A stretch of DNA of 64,000 bases from Macrostomum hystrix (Eukaryota > Animalia > Platyhelminthes), in NCBI GenBank assembly GCA_950097015.1, contig CATNEN010000038.1, forward strand, positions 10,354,001 to 10,418,000. Reading direction: 5' to 3'. The notes under the pieces are model-generated. The model searched no databases, had not been told where the DNA came from, and saw only the letters and a program-made list of their open reading frames with translations. This document shows, piece after piece, positions 49,236 to 64,000 of this stretch; positions within the stretch are counted from its first letter, which is position 1; each line of letters starts with the position of its first letter. The position numbers and the translations under genes were made by a program.

Positions 49236-52200
49236 ACCAAAGTTGTAGTAGGTCTTATTTAATAAATCTTATCGCTGACACCAAAGTTGTAGTAGGTCTT
49301 ATTTAATAAATCTTATCGCTGACACCAAAGTTGTAGTAGGTCTTATTTAATAAATCTTATCGCTGACACCAAAGTTGTAGTAGGTCTTATTTAATAAATA
49401 TTATCGCTGACACCAAAGTTGTAGTAGGTCTTATTTAATAAATCTTATCGATGACACCAAAGTTGTAGTAGGTCTTATTTAATAAATCTTATCGCTGACA
49501 CCAAAGTTGTAGTAGGTCTTATTTAATAAATCTTATCGCTGACACCAAAGTTGTAGTAGGTCTAATTTAATAAATCTTATCGCTGACACCAAAGTTGTAG
49601 TAGGTCTTATTTAATAAATCTTATCGCTGACACCAAAGTTGTAGTAGGTCTAATTTAATAAATCTTATCGCTGACACCAAAGTTGTAGTAGGTCTAATTT
49701 AATAAATCTTATCGCTGACACCAAAGTTGTAGTAGGTCTTATTTAATAAATCTTATCGCTGACACCAAAGTTGTAGTAGGTCTTATTTAATAAATCTTAT
49801 CGCTGACACCAAAGTTGTAGTAGGTCTTATTTAATAAATCTTATCGTATCGCTGACACCAAAGTTGTAGTAGGTCTTATTTAATAAATCTTATCGCTGAC
49901 AACAAAGTTGTAGTAGGTCTTATTAATAAATCTTATCGCTGACACCAAAGTTGTAGTAGGTCTTATTTAATAAATCTTATCGCTGACACCAAAGTTGTAG
50001 TAGGTCTTATTTAATAAATCTTATCGCTGACAACCAAAGTTGTAGTAGGTCTTATTTAATAAATCTTATCGCTGACACCAAGTTGTAGTAGGTCTTATTT
50101 AATAAATCTTATCGCTGACACCAAAGTTGTAGTAGGTCTTATTTAATAAATCTTATCGCTGACACCAAAGTTGTAGTAGGTCTTATTTAATAAATCTTAT
50201 CGCTGACACCAAAGTTGTAGTAGGTCTTATTTAATAAATCTTATCGCTGACACCAAAGTTGTAGTAGGTCTAATTTAATAAATCTTATCGCTGACACCAA
50301 AGTTGTAGTAGGTCTAATTTAATAAATCTTATCGCTGACACCAAAGTTGTAGTAGGTATTATTTAATAAATCTTATCGCTGACACCAAAGTTGTAGTAGG
50401 TCTAATTTAATAAATCTTATCGCTGACACCAAAGTTGTAGTAGGTCTAATTTAATAAATCTTATCGCTGACACCAAAGTTGTAGTAGGTCTTATTTAATA
50501 AATCTTATCGCTGACACCAAAGTTGTAGTAGGTCTAATTTAATAAATCTTATCGCTGACACCAAAGTTGTAGTAGGTCTAATTTAATAAATCTTATCGCT
50601 GACACCAAAGTTGTAGTAGGTCTTATTTAATAAATCTTATCGCTGACACCAAAGTTGTAGTAGGTCTTATTTAATAAATCTTATCGCTGACACCAAAGTT
50701 GTAGTAGGTCTTATTTAATAAATCTTATCGCTGACACCAAAGTTGTAGTAGGTCTTATTTAATAAATCTTATCGCTGACACCAAAGTTGTAGTAGGTCTT
50801 ATTTAATAAATCTTATCGCTGACACCAAAGTTGTAGTAGGTCTTATTTAATAAATCTTATCGCTGACAAAAAAGTTGTAGTAGGTCTTATTTAATAAATC
50901 TTATCGCTGACACCAAAGTTGTAGTAGGTCTTATTTAATAAATCTTATCGCTGACACCAAAGTTGTAGTAGGTCTTATTTAATAAATCTTATCGCTGACA
51001 CCAAAGTTGTAGTAGGTCTTATTTAATAAATCTTATCGCTGACACCAAAGTTGTAGTAGGTCTTATTTAATAAATATTATCGCTGACACCAAAGTTGTAG
51101 TAGGTCTTATTTAATAAATCTTATCGATGACACCAAAGTTGTAGTAGGTCTTATTTAATAAATCTTATCCCTGACACCAAAGTTGTAGTAGGTCTTATTT
51201 AATAAATCTTATCGCTGACACCAAAGTTGTAGTAGGTCTTATTTAATAAATCTTATCGCTGACACCAAAGTTGTAGTAGGTCTTATTTAATAAATCTTAT
51301 CCCTGACACCAAAGTTGTAGTAGGTCTTATTTAATAAATCTTATCGCTGACACCAAAGTTGTAGTAGGTCTTATTTAATAAATCTTATCGCTGACACCAA
51401 AGTTGTAGTAGGTCTTATTTAATAAATCTTATCGCTGACACCAAAGTTGTAGTAGGTCTTATTTAATAAATCTTATCGCTGACACCAAAGTTGTAGTAGG
51501 TCTAATTTAATAAATCTTATCGCTGACACCAAAGTTGTAGTAGGTCTAACTTAATAAATCTTATCGCTGACACCAAAGTTGTAGTAGGTCTTATTTAATA
51601 AATCTTATCGCTGACACCAAAGTTGTAGTAGGTCTAATTTAATAAATCTTATCGCTGACACCAAAGTTGTAGTAGGTCTTATTTAATAAATCTTATCGCT
51701 GACACCAAAGTTGTAGTAGGTCTTATTTAATAAATATTATCGCTGACACCAAAGTTGTAGTAGGTCTTATTTAATAAATCTTATCGATGACACCAAAGTT
51801 GTAGTAGGTCTTATTTAATAAATCTTATCCCTGACACCAAAGTTGTAGTAGGTCTTATTTAATAAATCTTATCGCTGACACCAAAGTTGTAGTAGGTCTA
51901 ATTTAATAAATCTTATCGCTGACACCAAAGTTGTAGTAGGTCTTATTTAATAAATCTTATCCCTGACACCAAAGTTGTAGTAGGTCTTAATTAATAAATC
52001 TTATCGCTGACACCAAAGTTGTAGTAGGTCTAATTTAATAAATCTTATCGCTGACACCAAAGTTGTAGTAGGTCTTATTTAATAAATCTTATCGCTGACA
52101 CCAAAGTTGTAGTAGGTCTTATTTAATAAATCTTATCGCTGACACCAAAGTTGTTGTAGGTCTTATTTAATAAATCTTATCGCTGACACCAAAGTTGTAG

Positions 52201-55200
52201 TAGGTCTTATTTAATAAATCTTATCGCTGACACCAAAGTTGTAGTAGGTCTTATTTAATAAATCTTATCGCTGACACCAAAGTTGTAGTAGGTCTTATTT
52301 AATAAATCTTATCGCTGACACCAAAGTTGTAGTAGGTCTTATTTAATAAATCTTATCGCTGACACCAAAGTTGTAGTAGGTCTTATTTAATAAATCTTAT
52401 CGCTGACACCAAAGTTGTAGTAGGTCTTATTTAATAAATCTTATCCCTGACACCAAAGTTGTAGTAGGTCTTATTTAATAAATCTTATCGCTGACACCAA
52501 AGTTGTAGTAGGTCTTATTTAATAAATCTTATCGCTGACACCAAAGTTGTAGTAGGTCTTATTTAATAAATCTTATCGCTGACACCAAAGTTGTAGTAGG
52601 TCTAATTTAATAAATCTTATCGCTGACACCAAAGTTGTAGTAGGTCTTATTTAATAAATCTTATCGCTGACACCAAAGTTGTAGTAGGTCTTATTTAATA
52701 AATCTTATCGCTGACACCAAAGTTGTAGTAGGTCTTATTTAATAAATCTTATCGCTGACACCAAAGTTGTAGTAGGTCTTATTTAATAAATCTTATCGCT
52801 GACACCAAAGTTGTAGTAGGTCTTATTTAATAAATCTTATCGCTGACACCAAAGTTGTAGTAGGTCTTATTTAATAAATCTTATCGCTGACACCAAAGTT
52901 GTAGTAGGTCTTATTTAATAAATCTTATCGCTGACACCAAAGTTGTAGTAGGTCTTATTTAATAAATCTTATCGCTGACACCAAAGTTGTAGTAGGTCTT
53001 ATTTAATAAATCTTATCGCTGACACCAAAGTTGTAGTAGGTCTAATTTAATAAATCTTATCGCTGACACCAAAGTTGTAGTAGGTCTAATTTAATAAATC
53101 TTATCGCTGACAAAAAAGTTGTAGTAGGTCTTATTTAATAAATCTTATCGCTGACACCAAAGTTGTAGTAGGTCTTATTTAATAAATCTTATCGCTGACA
53201 CCAAAGTTGTAGTAGGTCTAATTTAATAAATCTTATCGCTGACACCAAAGTTGTAGTAGGTCTTATTTAATAAATCTTATCGCTGACACCAAAGTTGTAG
53301 TAGGTCTTATTTAATAAATCTTATCGCTGACACCAAAGTTGTAGTAGGTCTAATTTAATAAATCTTATCGCTGACACCAAAGTTGTAGTAGGTCTTATTT
53401 AATAAATCTTATCGCTGACACCAAAGTTGTAGTAGGTCTTATTTAATAAATCTTATCGCTGACACCAAAGTTGTAGTAGGTCTTATTTAATAAATCTTAT
53501 CGCTGACACCAAAGTTGTAGTAGGTCTTATTTAATAAATCTTATCGCTGACACCAAAGTTGTAGTAGGTCTAATTTAATAAATCTTATCGCTGACACCAA
53601 AGTTGTAGTAGGTCTTATTTAATAAATCTTATCGCTGACACCAAAGTTGTAGTAGGTCTTATTTAATAAATCTTATCGCTGACACCAAAGTTGTAGTAGG
53701 TCTTATTTAATAAATCTTATCGCTGACACCAAAGTTGTAGTAGGTCTTATTTAATAAATCTTATCGCTGACACCAAAGTTGTAGTAGGTCTTATTTAATA
53801 AATCTTATCGCTGACACCAAAGTTGTAGTAGGTCTTATTTAATAAATCTTATCGCTGACACCAAAGTTGTAGTAGGTCTTATTTAATAAATCTTATCGCT
53901 GACACCAAAGTTGTAGTAGGTCTAATTTAATAAATCTTATCGCTGACACCAAAGTTGTAGTAGGTCTTATTTAATAAATCTTATCGCTGACACCAAAGTT
54001 GTAGTAGGTCTTATTTAATAAATCTTATCGCTGACACCAAAGTTGTAGTAGGTCTTATTTAATAAATCTTATCCCTGACACCAAAGTTGTAGTAGGTCTT
54101 ATTTAATAAATCTTATCGCTGACAAAAAAGTTGTAGTAGGTCTTATTTAATAAATCTTATCGCTGACACCAAAGTTGTAGTAGGTCTTATTTAATAAATC
54201 TTATCGCTGACACCAAAGTTGTAGTAGGTCTTATTTAATAAATCTTATCGCTGACACCAAAGTTGTAGTAGGTCTTATTTAATAAATATTATCGCTGACA
54301 CCAAAGTTGTAGTAGGTCTTATTTAATAAATCTTATCGCTGACACCAAAGTTGTAGTAGGTCTAATTTAATAAATCTTATCGCTGACACCAAAGTTGTAG
54401 TAGGTCTAATTTAATAAATCTTATCGCTGACACCAAAGTTGTAGTAGGTCTTATTTAATAAATCTTATCGCTGACACCAAAGTTGTAGTAGGTCTTATTT
54501 AATAAATCTTATCGCTGACACCAAAGTTGTAGTAGGTCTTATTTAATAAATCTTATCGCTGACACCAAAGTTGTAGTAGGTCTTATTTAATAAATCTTAT
54601 CGCTGACACCAAAGTTGTAGTAGGTCTTATTTAATAAATCTTATCCCTGACACCAAAGTTGTAGTAGGTCTTATTTAATAAATCTTATCGCTGACACCAA
54701 AGTTGTAGTAGGTCTTATTTAATAAATCTTATCGCTGACACCAAAGTTGTAGTAGGTCTTATTTAATAAATCTTATCGATGACACCAAAGTTGTAGTAGG
54801 TCTTATTTAATAAATCTTATCCCTGACACCAAAGTTGTAGTAGGTCTTATTTAATAAATCTTATCGCTGACACCAAAGTTGTAGTAGGTCTTATTTAATA
54901 AATCTTATCGCTGACACCAAAGTTGTAGTAGGTCTTATTTAATAAATCTTATCCCTGACACCAAAGTTGTAGTAGGTCTTATTTAATAAATCTTATCGCT
55001 GACACCAAAGTTGTAGTAGGTCTTATTTAATAAATCTTATCGCTGACACCAAAGTTGTAGTAGGTCTTATTTAATAAATCTTATCGCTGACACCAAAGTT
55101 GTAGTAGGTCTTATTTAATAAATCTTATCGCTGACACCAAAGTTGTAGTAGGTCTAATTTAATAAATCTTATCGCTGACACCAAAGTTGTAGTAGGTCTA

Positions 55201-58200
55201 ATTTAATAAATCTTATCGCTGACACCAAAGTTGTAGTAGGTCTTATTTAATAAATCTTATCGCTGACACCAAAGTTGTAGTAGGTCTAATTTAATAAATC
55301 TTATCGCTGACACCAAAGTTGTAGTAGGTCTTATTTAATAAATCTTATCGCTGACACCAAAGTTGTTGTAGGTCTTATTTAATAAATCTTATCGCTGACA
55401 CCAAAGTTGTAGTAGGTCTTATTTAATAAATCTTATCGCTGACACCAAAGTTGTAGTAGGTCTTATTTAATAAATCTTATCGCTGACACCAAAGTTGTAG
55501 TAGGTCTAATTTAATAAATCTTATCGCTGACACCAAAGTTGTAGTAGGTCTTATTTAATAAATCTTATCGCTGACACCAAAGTTGTAGTAGGTCTTATTT
55601 AATAAATCTTATCGCTGACACCAAAGTTGTAGTAGGTCTTATTTAATAAATCTTATCGCTGACACCAAAGTTGTAGTAGGTCTTATTTAATAAATCTTAT
55701 CGCTGACACCAAAGTTGTAGTAGGTCTTATTTAATAAATATTATCGCTGACACCAAAGTTGTAGTAGGTCTTATTTAATAAATCTTATCGATGACACCAA
55801 AGTTGTAGTAGGTCTTATTTAATAAATCTTATCCCTGACACCAAAGTTGTAGTAGGTCTTATTTAATAAATCTTATCGCTGACACCAAAGTTGTAGTAGG
55901 TCTTATTTAATAAATCTTATCGCTGACACCAAAGTTGTAGTAGGTCTTATTTAATAAATCTTATCCCTGACACCAAAGTTGTAGTAGGTCTTATTTAATA
56001 AATCTTATCGCTGACACCAAAGTTGTAGTAGGTCTTATTTAATAAATCTTATCGCTGACACCAAAGTTGTAGTAGGTCTTATTTAATAAATCTTATCGCT
56101 GACACCAAAGTTGTAGTAGGTCTTATTTAATAAATCTTATCCCTGACACCAAAGTTGTAGTAGGTCTTATTTAATAAATCTTATCGCTGACACCAAAGTT
56201 GTAGTAGGTCTTATTTAATAAATCTTATCGCTGACACCAAAGTTGTAGTAGGTCTTATTTAATAAATCTTATCGCTGACACCAAAGTTGTAGTAGGTCTT
56301 ATTTAATAAATCTTATCGCTGACACCAAAGTTGTAGTAGGTCTTATTTAATAAATCTTATCGCTGACACCAAAGTTGTAGTAGGTCTTATTTAATAAATC
56401 TTATCGCTGACACCAAAGTTGTAGTAGGTCTTATTTAATAAATCTTATCGCTGACACCAAAGTTGTAGTAGGTCTTATTTAATAAATCTTATCGCTGACA
56501 CCAAAGTTGTAGTAGGTCTTATTTAATAAATCTTATCCCTGACACCAAAGTTGTAGTAGGTCTTATTTAATAAATCTTATCGCTGACACCAAAGTTGTAG
56601 TAGGTCTTATTTAATAAATCTTATCGCTGACACCAAAGTTGTAGTAGGTCTTATTTAATAAATCTTATCGCTGACACCAAAGTTGTAGTAGGTCTTATTT
56701 AATAAATCTTATCGCTGACACCAAAGTTGTAGTAGGTCTTATTTAATAAATCTTATCGCTGACACCAAAGTTGTAGTAGGTCTTATTTAATAAATCTTAT
56801 CGCTGACACCAAAGTTGTAGTAGGTCTTATTTAATAAATCTTATCGCTGACACCAAAGTTGTAGTAGGTCTTATTTAATAAATCTTATCGCTGACACCAA
56901 AGTTGTAGTAGGTCTTATTTAATAAATCTTATCGCTGACACCAAAGTTGTAGTAGGTCTTATTTAATAAATCTTATCGCTGACACCAAAGTTGTAGTAGG
57001 TCTTATTTAATAAATCTTATCGCTGACACCAAAGTTGTAGTAGGTCTTATTTAATAAATCTTATCGCTGACACCAAAGTTGTAGTAGGTCTTATTTAATA
57101 AATCTTATCGCTGACACCAAAGTTGTAGTAGGTCTTATTTAATAAATCTTATCGCTGACACCAAAGTTGTAGTAGGTCTTATTTAATAAATCTTATCGCT
57201 GACACCAAAGTTGTAGTAGGTCTTATTTAATAAATCTTATCCCTGACACCAAAGTTGTAGTAGGTCTTATTTAATAAATCTTATCGCTGACACCAAAGTT
57301 GTAGTAGGTCTTATTTAATAAATCTTATCGCTGACACCAAAGTTGTAGTAGGTCTTAATTAATAAATCTTATCGCTGACACCAAAGTTGTAGTAGGTCTT
57401 ATTTAATAAATCTTATCGCTGACACCAAAGTTGTTGTAGGTCTTATTTAATAAATCTTATCGCTGACACCAAAGTTGTAGTAGGTCTTATTTAATAAATC
57501 TTATCGCTGACACCAAAGTTGTAGTAGGTCTTATTTAATAAATCTTATCGCTGACACCAAAGTTGTAGTAGGTCTTATTTAATAAATCTTATCGCTGACA
57601 CCAAAGTTGTAGTAGGTCTTATTTAATAAATCTTATCGCTGACACCAAAGTTGTAGTAGGTCTTATTTAATAAATCTTATCGCTGACACCAAAGTTGTAG
57701 TAGGTCTTATTTAATAAATCTTATCGCTGACACCAAAGTTGTAGTAGGTCTTATTTAATAAATCTTATCGCTGACACCAAAGTTGTAGTAGGTCTTATTT
57801 AATAAATCTTATCGCTGACACCAAAGTTGTAGTAGGTCTTATTTAATAAATCTTATCCCTGACACCAAAGTTGTAGTAGGTCTTATTTAATAAATCTTAT
57901 CGCTGACACCAAAGTTGTAGTAGGTCTTATTTAATAAATCTTATCGCTGACACCAAAGTTGTAGTAGGTCTTAATTAATAAATCTTATCGCTGACACCAA
58001 AGTTGTAGTAGGTCTTATTTAATAAATCTTATCGCTGACACCAAAGTTGTAGTAGGTCTTATTTAATAAATCTTATCGCTGACACCAAAGTTGTAGTAGG
58101 TCTTATTTAATAAATCTTATCGCTGACACCAAAGTTGTAGTAGGTCTTATTTAATAAATCTTATCGCTGACACCAAAGTTGTAGTAGGTCTTATTTAATA

Positions 58201-59554
58201 AATCTTATCGCTGACACCAAAGTTGTAGTAGGTCTTATTTAATAAATCTTATCGCTGACACCAAAGTTGTAGTAGGTCTTATTTAATAAATCTTATCGCT
58301 GACACCAAAGTTGTAGTAGGTCTTATTTAATAAATCTTATCCCTGACACCAAAGTTGTAGTAGGTCTTATTTAATAAATCTTATCGCTGACACCAAAGTT
58401 GTAGTAGGTCTTATTTAATAAATCTTATCGCTGACACCAAAGTTGTAGTAGGTCTTATTTAATAAATCTTATCGCTGACACCAAAGAGGTCTTATTTAAT
58501 AAATCTTATCGCTGACACCAAAGTTGTAGTAGGTCTTATTTAATAAATCTTATCGCTGACACCAAAGTTGTAGTAGGTCTTATTTAATAAATCTTATCGC
58601 TGACACCAAAGTTGTAGTAGGTCTTATTTAATAAATCTTATCGCTGACACCAAAGTTGTAGTAGGTCTTATTTAATAAATCTTATCGCTGACACCAAAGT
58701 TGTAGTAGGTCTTATTTAATAAATCTTATCGCTGACACCAAAGTTGTAGTAGGTCTTATTTAATAAATCTTATCGCTGACACCAAAGTTGTAGTAGGTCT
58801 TATTTAATAAATCTTATCGCTGACACCAAAGTTGTAGTAGGTCTTATTTAATAAATCTTATCGCTGACACCAAAGTTGTAGTAGGTCTTATTTAATAAAT
58901 CTTATCGCTGACACCAAAGTTGTAGTAGGTCTTATTTAATAAATCTTATCGCTGACACCAAAGTTGTAGTAGGTCTTATTTAATAAATCTTATCGCTGAC
59001 ACCAAAGAGGTCTTATTTAATAAATCTTATCGCTGACACCAAAGTTGTAGTAGGTCTTATTTAATAAATCTTATCGCTGACACCAAAGTTGTAGTAGGTC
59101 TTATTTAATAAATCTTATCGCTGACACCAAAGTTGTAGTAGGTCTTATTTAATAAATCTTATCGCTGACACCAAAGTTGTAGTAGGTCTTATTTAATAAA
59201 TCTTATCGCTGACACCAAAGTTGTAGTAGGTCTTATTTAATAAATCTTATCGCTGACACCAAAGTTGTAGTAGGTCTTATTTAATAAATCTTATCGCTGA
59301 CACCAAAGTTGTAGTAGGTCTTATTTAATAAATCTTATCGCTGACACCAAAGTTGTAGTAGGTCTTATTTAATAAATCTTATCGCTGACACCAAAGAGGT
59401 CTTATTTAATAAATCTTATCGCTGACACCAAAGTTGTAGTAGGTCTTATTTAATAAATCTTATCCCTGACACCAAAGTTGTAGTAGGTCTTATTTAATAA
59501 ATCTTATCGCTGACACCAAAGTTGTAGTAGGTCTTATTTAATAAATCTTATCGC
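49236..59554. repeat. Large satellite array, 44-bp unit, ~234 copies
   Basis: accaaagttgtagtaggtcttatttaataaatcttatcgctgac; line register recurs every 660 bp (15 x 44); no spacers. Confidence 0.98.
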
Positions 59555-59555
59555 T

Positions 59556-60295
59556 TATCCCTAGCGTAGAGCGCGGCAGTGGTCTCACTGCCTGGGCCGC
59601 TGCGCACCCCGAACGCCGCACGCAGCATGGCCGCATGCGCAGCGTCCAGCTGCCTCTCCAAAGCGTCCGTCAGGGTCCAGGTCTTGGCGTTATACAGCAA
59701 GACAGTCTCAACGACTGCCTGAAACAGCCGAGCCCTGAGCCCGTCGTCCAGGGCCTCAGATTGGAGTATGGGGCGCACTGAGCGGAGCGCGGCCCAGGCC
59801 AGTCCTCGTCGCCTCACCAGGTCGTCGGCAACGTCTGGCACGAGGCCGCCGAGGTACAAGAACTGCTGGCAGCGGGTAAGCCTGATTGCTTCTCCAGCAG
59901 CGTCTCGATAGTTGATCTCGGCAGGCAGGTCGGAGGGCACCGTGAAGACGACCGTCTTCCGCGCGTTCAGCATGAGGCCGACCCGCGATGCTGCCGCCGT
60001 AAGGCCATCTAGCAACCGCTGAGCGCCTTCTGCCGTCGATGACAAAAGCGCGAGGTCATCCGCGTAGCCGAGAACGGAGAGCCGCTTCTCCGGGTGCCGC
60101 CGACTCGTGCGCCTTCTCAGCAGGAAGCCGTCGTCCGAGTTTGGCAGGCCGGTCCTCAGCACCCAGTCCAGTGCCAGCACAAACAGGAAAGGCGCTAGAG
60201 TGTCACCCTGCAGCACGCCTGACGACGTGCTGAAATGGTCCGACAGTCCATCTGGCGTCATCACCGAAGCGGTCGTATCCTGATACATCGCCATG
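59556..60295 (-). mobile_element. RTE-clade non-LTR retrotransposon fragment (C-terminal half of RT), open frame
   Basis: SGVLQGDTLAPFLF, LGYADDLALL, GLMLNARKT, FLYLG, VETVLLYNAKTWTL; truncated at both ends by satellites. Confidence 0.92.
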
Positions 60296-60307
60296 ATGGC
60301 AGAAATT

Positions 60308-61240
60308 AGTATAGTTCTTAGTAGAGTTCTTAGTACAGTTCTTAGTAGAGTTCTTAGTAGAGTTCTTAGTAGAGTTCTTAGTAGAGTTCTTAGTACAGTT
60401 CTTAGTATAGTTCTTAGTAGAGTTCTTAGTAGAGTTCTTAGTATAGTTCTTAGTAGAGTTCTTAGTACAGTTCTTAGTACAGTTCTTAGTAGAGTTCTTA
60501 GTAGAGTTCTTAGTAGAGTTCTTAGTAGAGTTCTTAGTACAGTTCTTAGTATAGTTCTTAGTAGAGTTCTTAGTAGAGTTCTTAGTATAGTTCTTAGTAG
60601 AGTTCTTAGTAGAGTTCTTAGTAGAGTTCTTAGTAGAGTTCTTAGTAGAGTTCTTAGTAGAGTTCTTAGTACAGTTCTTAGTATAGTTCTTAGTAGAGTT
60701 CTTAGTAGAGTTCTTAGTATAGTTCTTAGTAGAGTTCTTAGTAGAGTTCTTAGTAGAGTTCTTAGTATAGTTCTTAGTACAGTTCTTAGTAGAGTTCTTA
60801 GTACAGTTCTTAGTACAGTTCTTAGTATAGTTCTTAGTACAGTTCTTAGTAGAGTTCTTAGTACAGTTCTTAGTACAGTTCCTAGTAGAGTTCTTAGTAC
60901 AGTTCTTAGTAGAGTTCTTAGTAGAGTTCTTAGTAGAGTTCTTAGTATAGTTCTTAGTAGAGTTCTTAGTAGAGTTCTTAGTAGAGTTCTTAGTATAGTT
61001 CTTAGTACAGTTCTTAGTAGAGTTCTTAGTACAGTTCTTAGTACAGTTCCTAGTAGAGTTCTTAGTACAGTTCTTAGTAGAGTTCTTAGTAGAGTTCTTA
61101 GTACAGTTCTTAGTATAGTTCTTAGTAGAGTTCTTAGTAGAGTTCTTAGTAGAGTTCTTAGTAGAGTTCTTAGTACAGTTCTTAGTAGAGTTCTTAGTAC
61201 AGTTCTTAGTAGAGTTCTTAGTACAGTTCTTAGTAGAGTT
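60308..61240. repeat. 12-bp minisatellite, ~77 copies
   Basis: agttcttagta(g/c/t); produces the spurious TKNS and VLSR ORFs. Confidence 0.97.
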
Positions 61241-61244
61241 CACA

Positions 61245-62378
<1,134 letters not shown>

Positions 62379-63204
62379 TCGTAGACGAACCTTTATCTTT
62401 CTCTCTACAAGTTGCGGCTATATATACAGAGGCAAATTAGTGTTTGTTTAAATCATCAATTTTTACAAAATAATATTCATACAGTATGCATTTAAAACAA
62501 AGAAATTACTACTACACTACTATTGGTAAGGTGAAAAGTAAAATAAAAAATATTTATGTTCGCGCATTTTTAACTTTTTAGATTTTATGAATATTTTTAG
62601 ATTTTTATATACAAAAACGTATTAACACTGCCTCAGTAATAAGGTTTAAGCTGAACTTAAATTCCAAGAAAATAAACATTTCTTTTTCGAGAAAAAGAGA
62701 AGACAAAAGGTAAAGACTGCCATTAATAAGCGGACACCATCTACACTTGGGAACCATAAAACTATGTGGGCGGCTGACAGAGTGTACAGGCCGGGTAGGA
62801 GGCCGGTCTGAGGAGAGGGTTGGCCAAGAACTCAACTCGTTTCCTATTGGCTGTTAGAATTCCCCGTTTAGTCATATAAAGCAGGCGAGACGAGAGGGGG
62901 TGTGAGTGTGACCGATATTTAGTCAGGAAATTTTCGCCACTGCTAGATTCTAATAATCTTTTAATTTTTAGATATAATAAGGTATTTTTATTGCAAATAC
63001 TAGGTATCTTTGACGATACTAAAATATACATCTACGATCTAATAAACCAGAGAGAGGTGAGTCATATTTTGCTTGTCAGTGTTTGTGCATTGTCCTTAGG
63101 TAGCCACAAGTCGCACGATCAGTTGAAGCTAAAGATTTACTTGCCTGTAATAAGCTGTCATTAATTAATAAACAAGCTGATCTAGATATGATAGAAACAA
63201 TAAA

Positions 63205-63590
63205 CAGGCAGATCTAGTCAAGAAAGAGATAAATCTAGTTAGGATACAGATAGATCTAGTCAGGAAACAGATGGATCTAGTCAGGAAACAGATAGATCTA
63301 GTCAGGAAACAGATGGATCTAGTCAGGAAACAGATAGATCTAGTCAGGAAACAGATAGATCTAGTCAGGAAACAGAAAGATCTAGTTAGGAAACAGATAA
63401 GATCTAGTTAGGAAACAGATAGATCTACTCAAGAAACAGATAGATCTAGTCAAGAAACCGGCAGATCTAGTCAAGAAACCGGCAGATCTAGACAAGAAAC
63501 AGGCATATCTAGTCAAGAAACAGATAGATCTAGTCAAGAAACAGATAGATCTAGTCAAGAAACAGATAGATCTATTCAAGCAACTGATAG
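63205..63590. repeat. 21-bp minisatellite
   Basis: gatctagtca(g/a)gaaacagata. Confidence 0.9.
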
Positions 63591-63835
63591 AACTCAAGTT
63601 CTTACGAACTTAAATGAACAAAGAGTTTGTAACGTCGTACTGGTATTTGTTGTTAGAATTTTTTACTTGTGATATTTAGTATTACTACTCGTATGAACAG
63701 TAGAACTACCAAGTGGGGCATTTCCCCTGCCAGACAAATGCTTCGCTGCACCCGAACGGAAAAACGCAAGCACTCGAAACTCAAGAACACGGACCAACCT
63801 TTTATTGCGCATCTTCTGAAACAAGAATCAAGTCG

Positions 63836-63916
63836 CTAGCTCTTCAGACCGTCCAGATATTCAATGGTTCTGGTCGAAGGTCGCTTCGGAAGGTCGAAAC
63901 AGTTGCCTCCGATTTC
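63836..63916 (-). CDS. Probable terminal exon of a gene entering from the right edge (EIGGNCFDLPKRPSTRTIEYLDGLKS*)
   Basis: tttccag acceptor, open 27-codon frame, AATAAA (63806-63801) just downstream; phase assumed. Confidence 0.45.
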   Translation of the reverse strand, partial: EIGGNCFDLPKRPSTRTIEYLDGLKS

Positions 63917-64000
63917 CTGGAAATGAAAATCTTTATTATTGTCAGCAAAAGTCTGCATTGAGCCGTGATTTTTTTATCCGGTAGCTTTGAGTCGAAAAAG

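Noticed and set aside
49236-59554. CRISPR-like array next to a reverse transcriptase
   Set aside because: Units are head-to-tail with no unique spacers, no cas genes are present, and the RT is a eukaryotic LINE fragment.

Overview
Eukaryotic (animal) genomic DNA with GC-rich exons, AT-rich GT-AG introns and a very high density of minisatellites. The overall style resembles the flatworm Macrostomum, but that is an inference, not a database result. Spliced genes I can reconstruct: eIF3c (8 exons, 9983-17108 +), two divergent 2-exon class A GPCRs (18187-19895 -, 40461-42254 -), LRRIQ3 (25352-33102 -), a secreted/GPI-type Ly6/quiver-like gene (44363-46504 +), two uncharacterised genes (20858-22984 +, 35687-36990 +) and partial genes at both window edges. 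Mobile DNA: three tRNA-derived SINE families (several copies with clear TSDs), a cluster of MULE-like MITEs, a decayed mariner, a 3' fragment of a Buster/Charlie hAT, and two RTE-type reverse transcriptase fragments. About 20 distinct tandem arrays are present. The largest is a ~10.3 kb array of a 44-bp unit bracketed by the two RT fragments in inverted orientation, each with its own upstream minisatellite. Other unusual structures: a ~99%-identical 386-bp inverted repeat between divergent genes, and arrays that appear to be born from splice-donor or stop-codon sequence. No CRISPR, rRNA or intact tRNA genes are supported.
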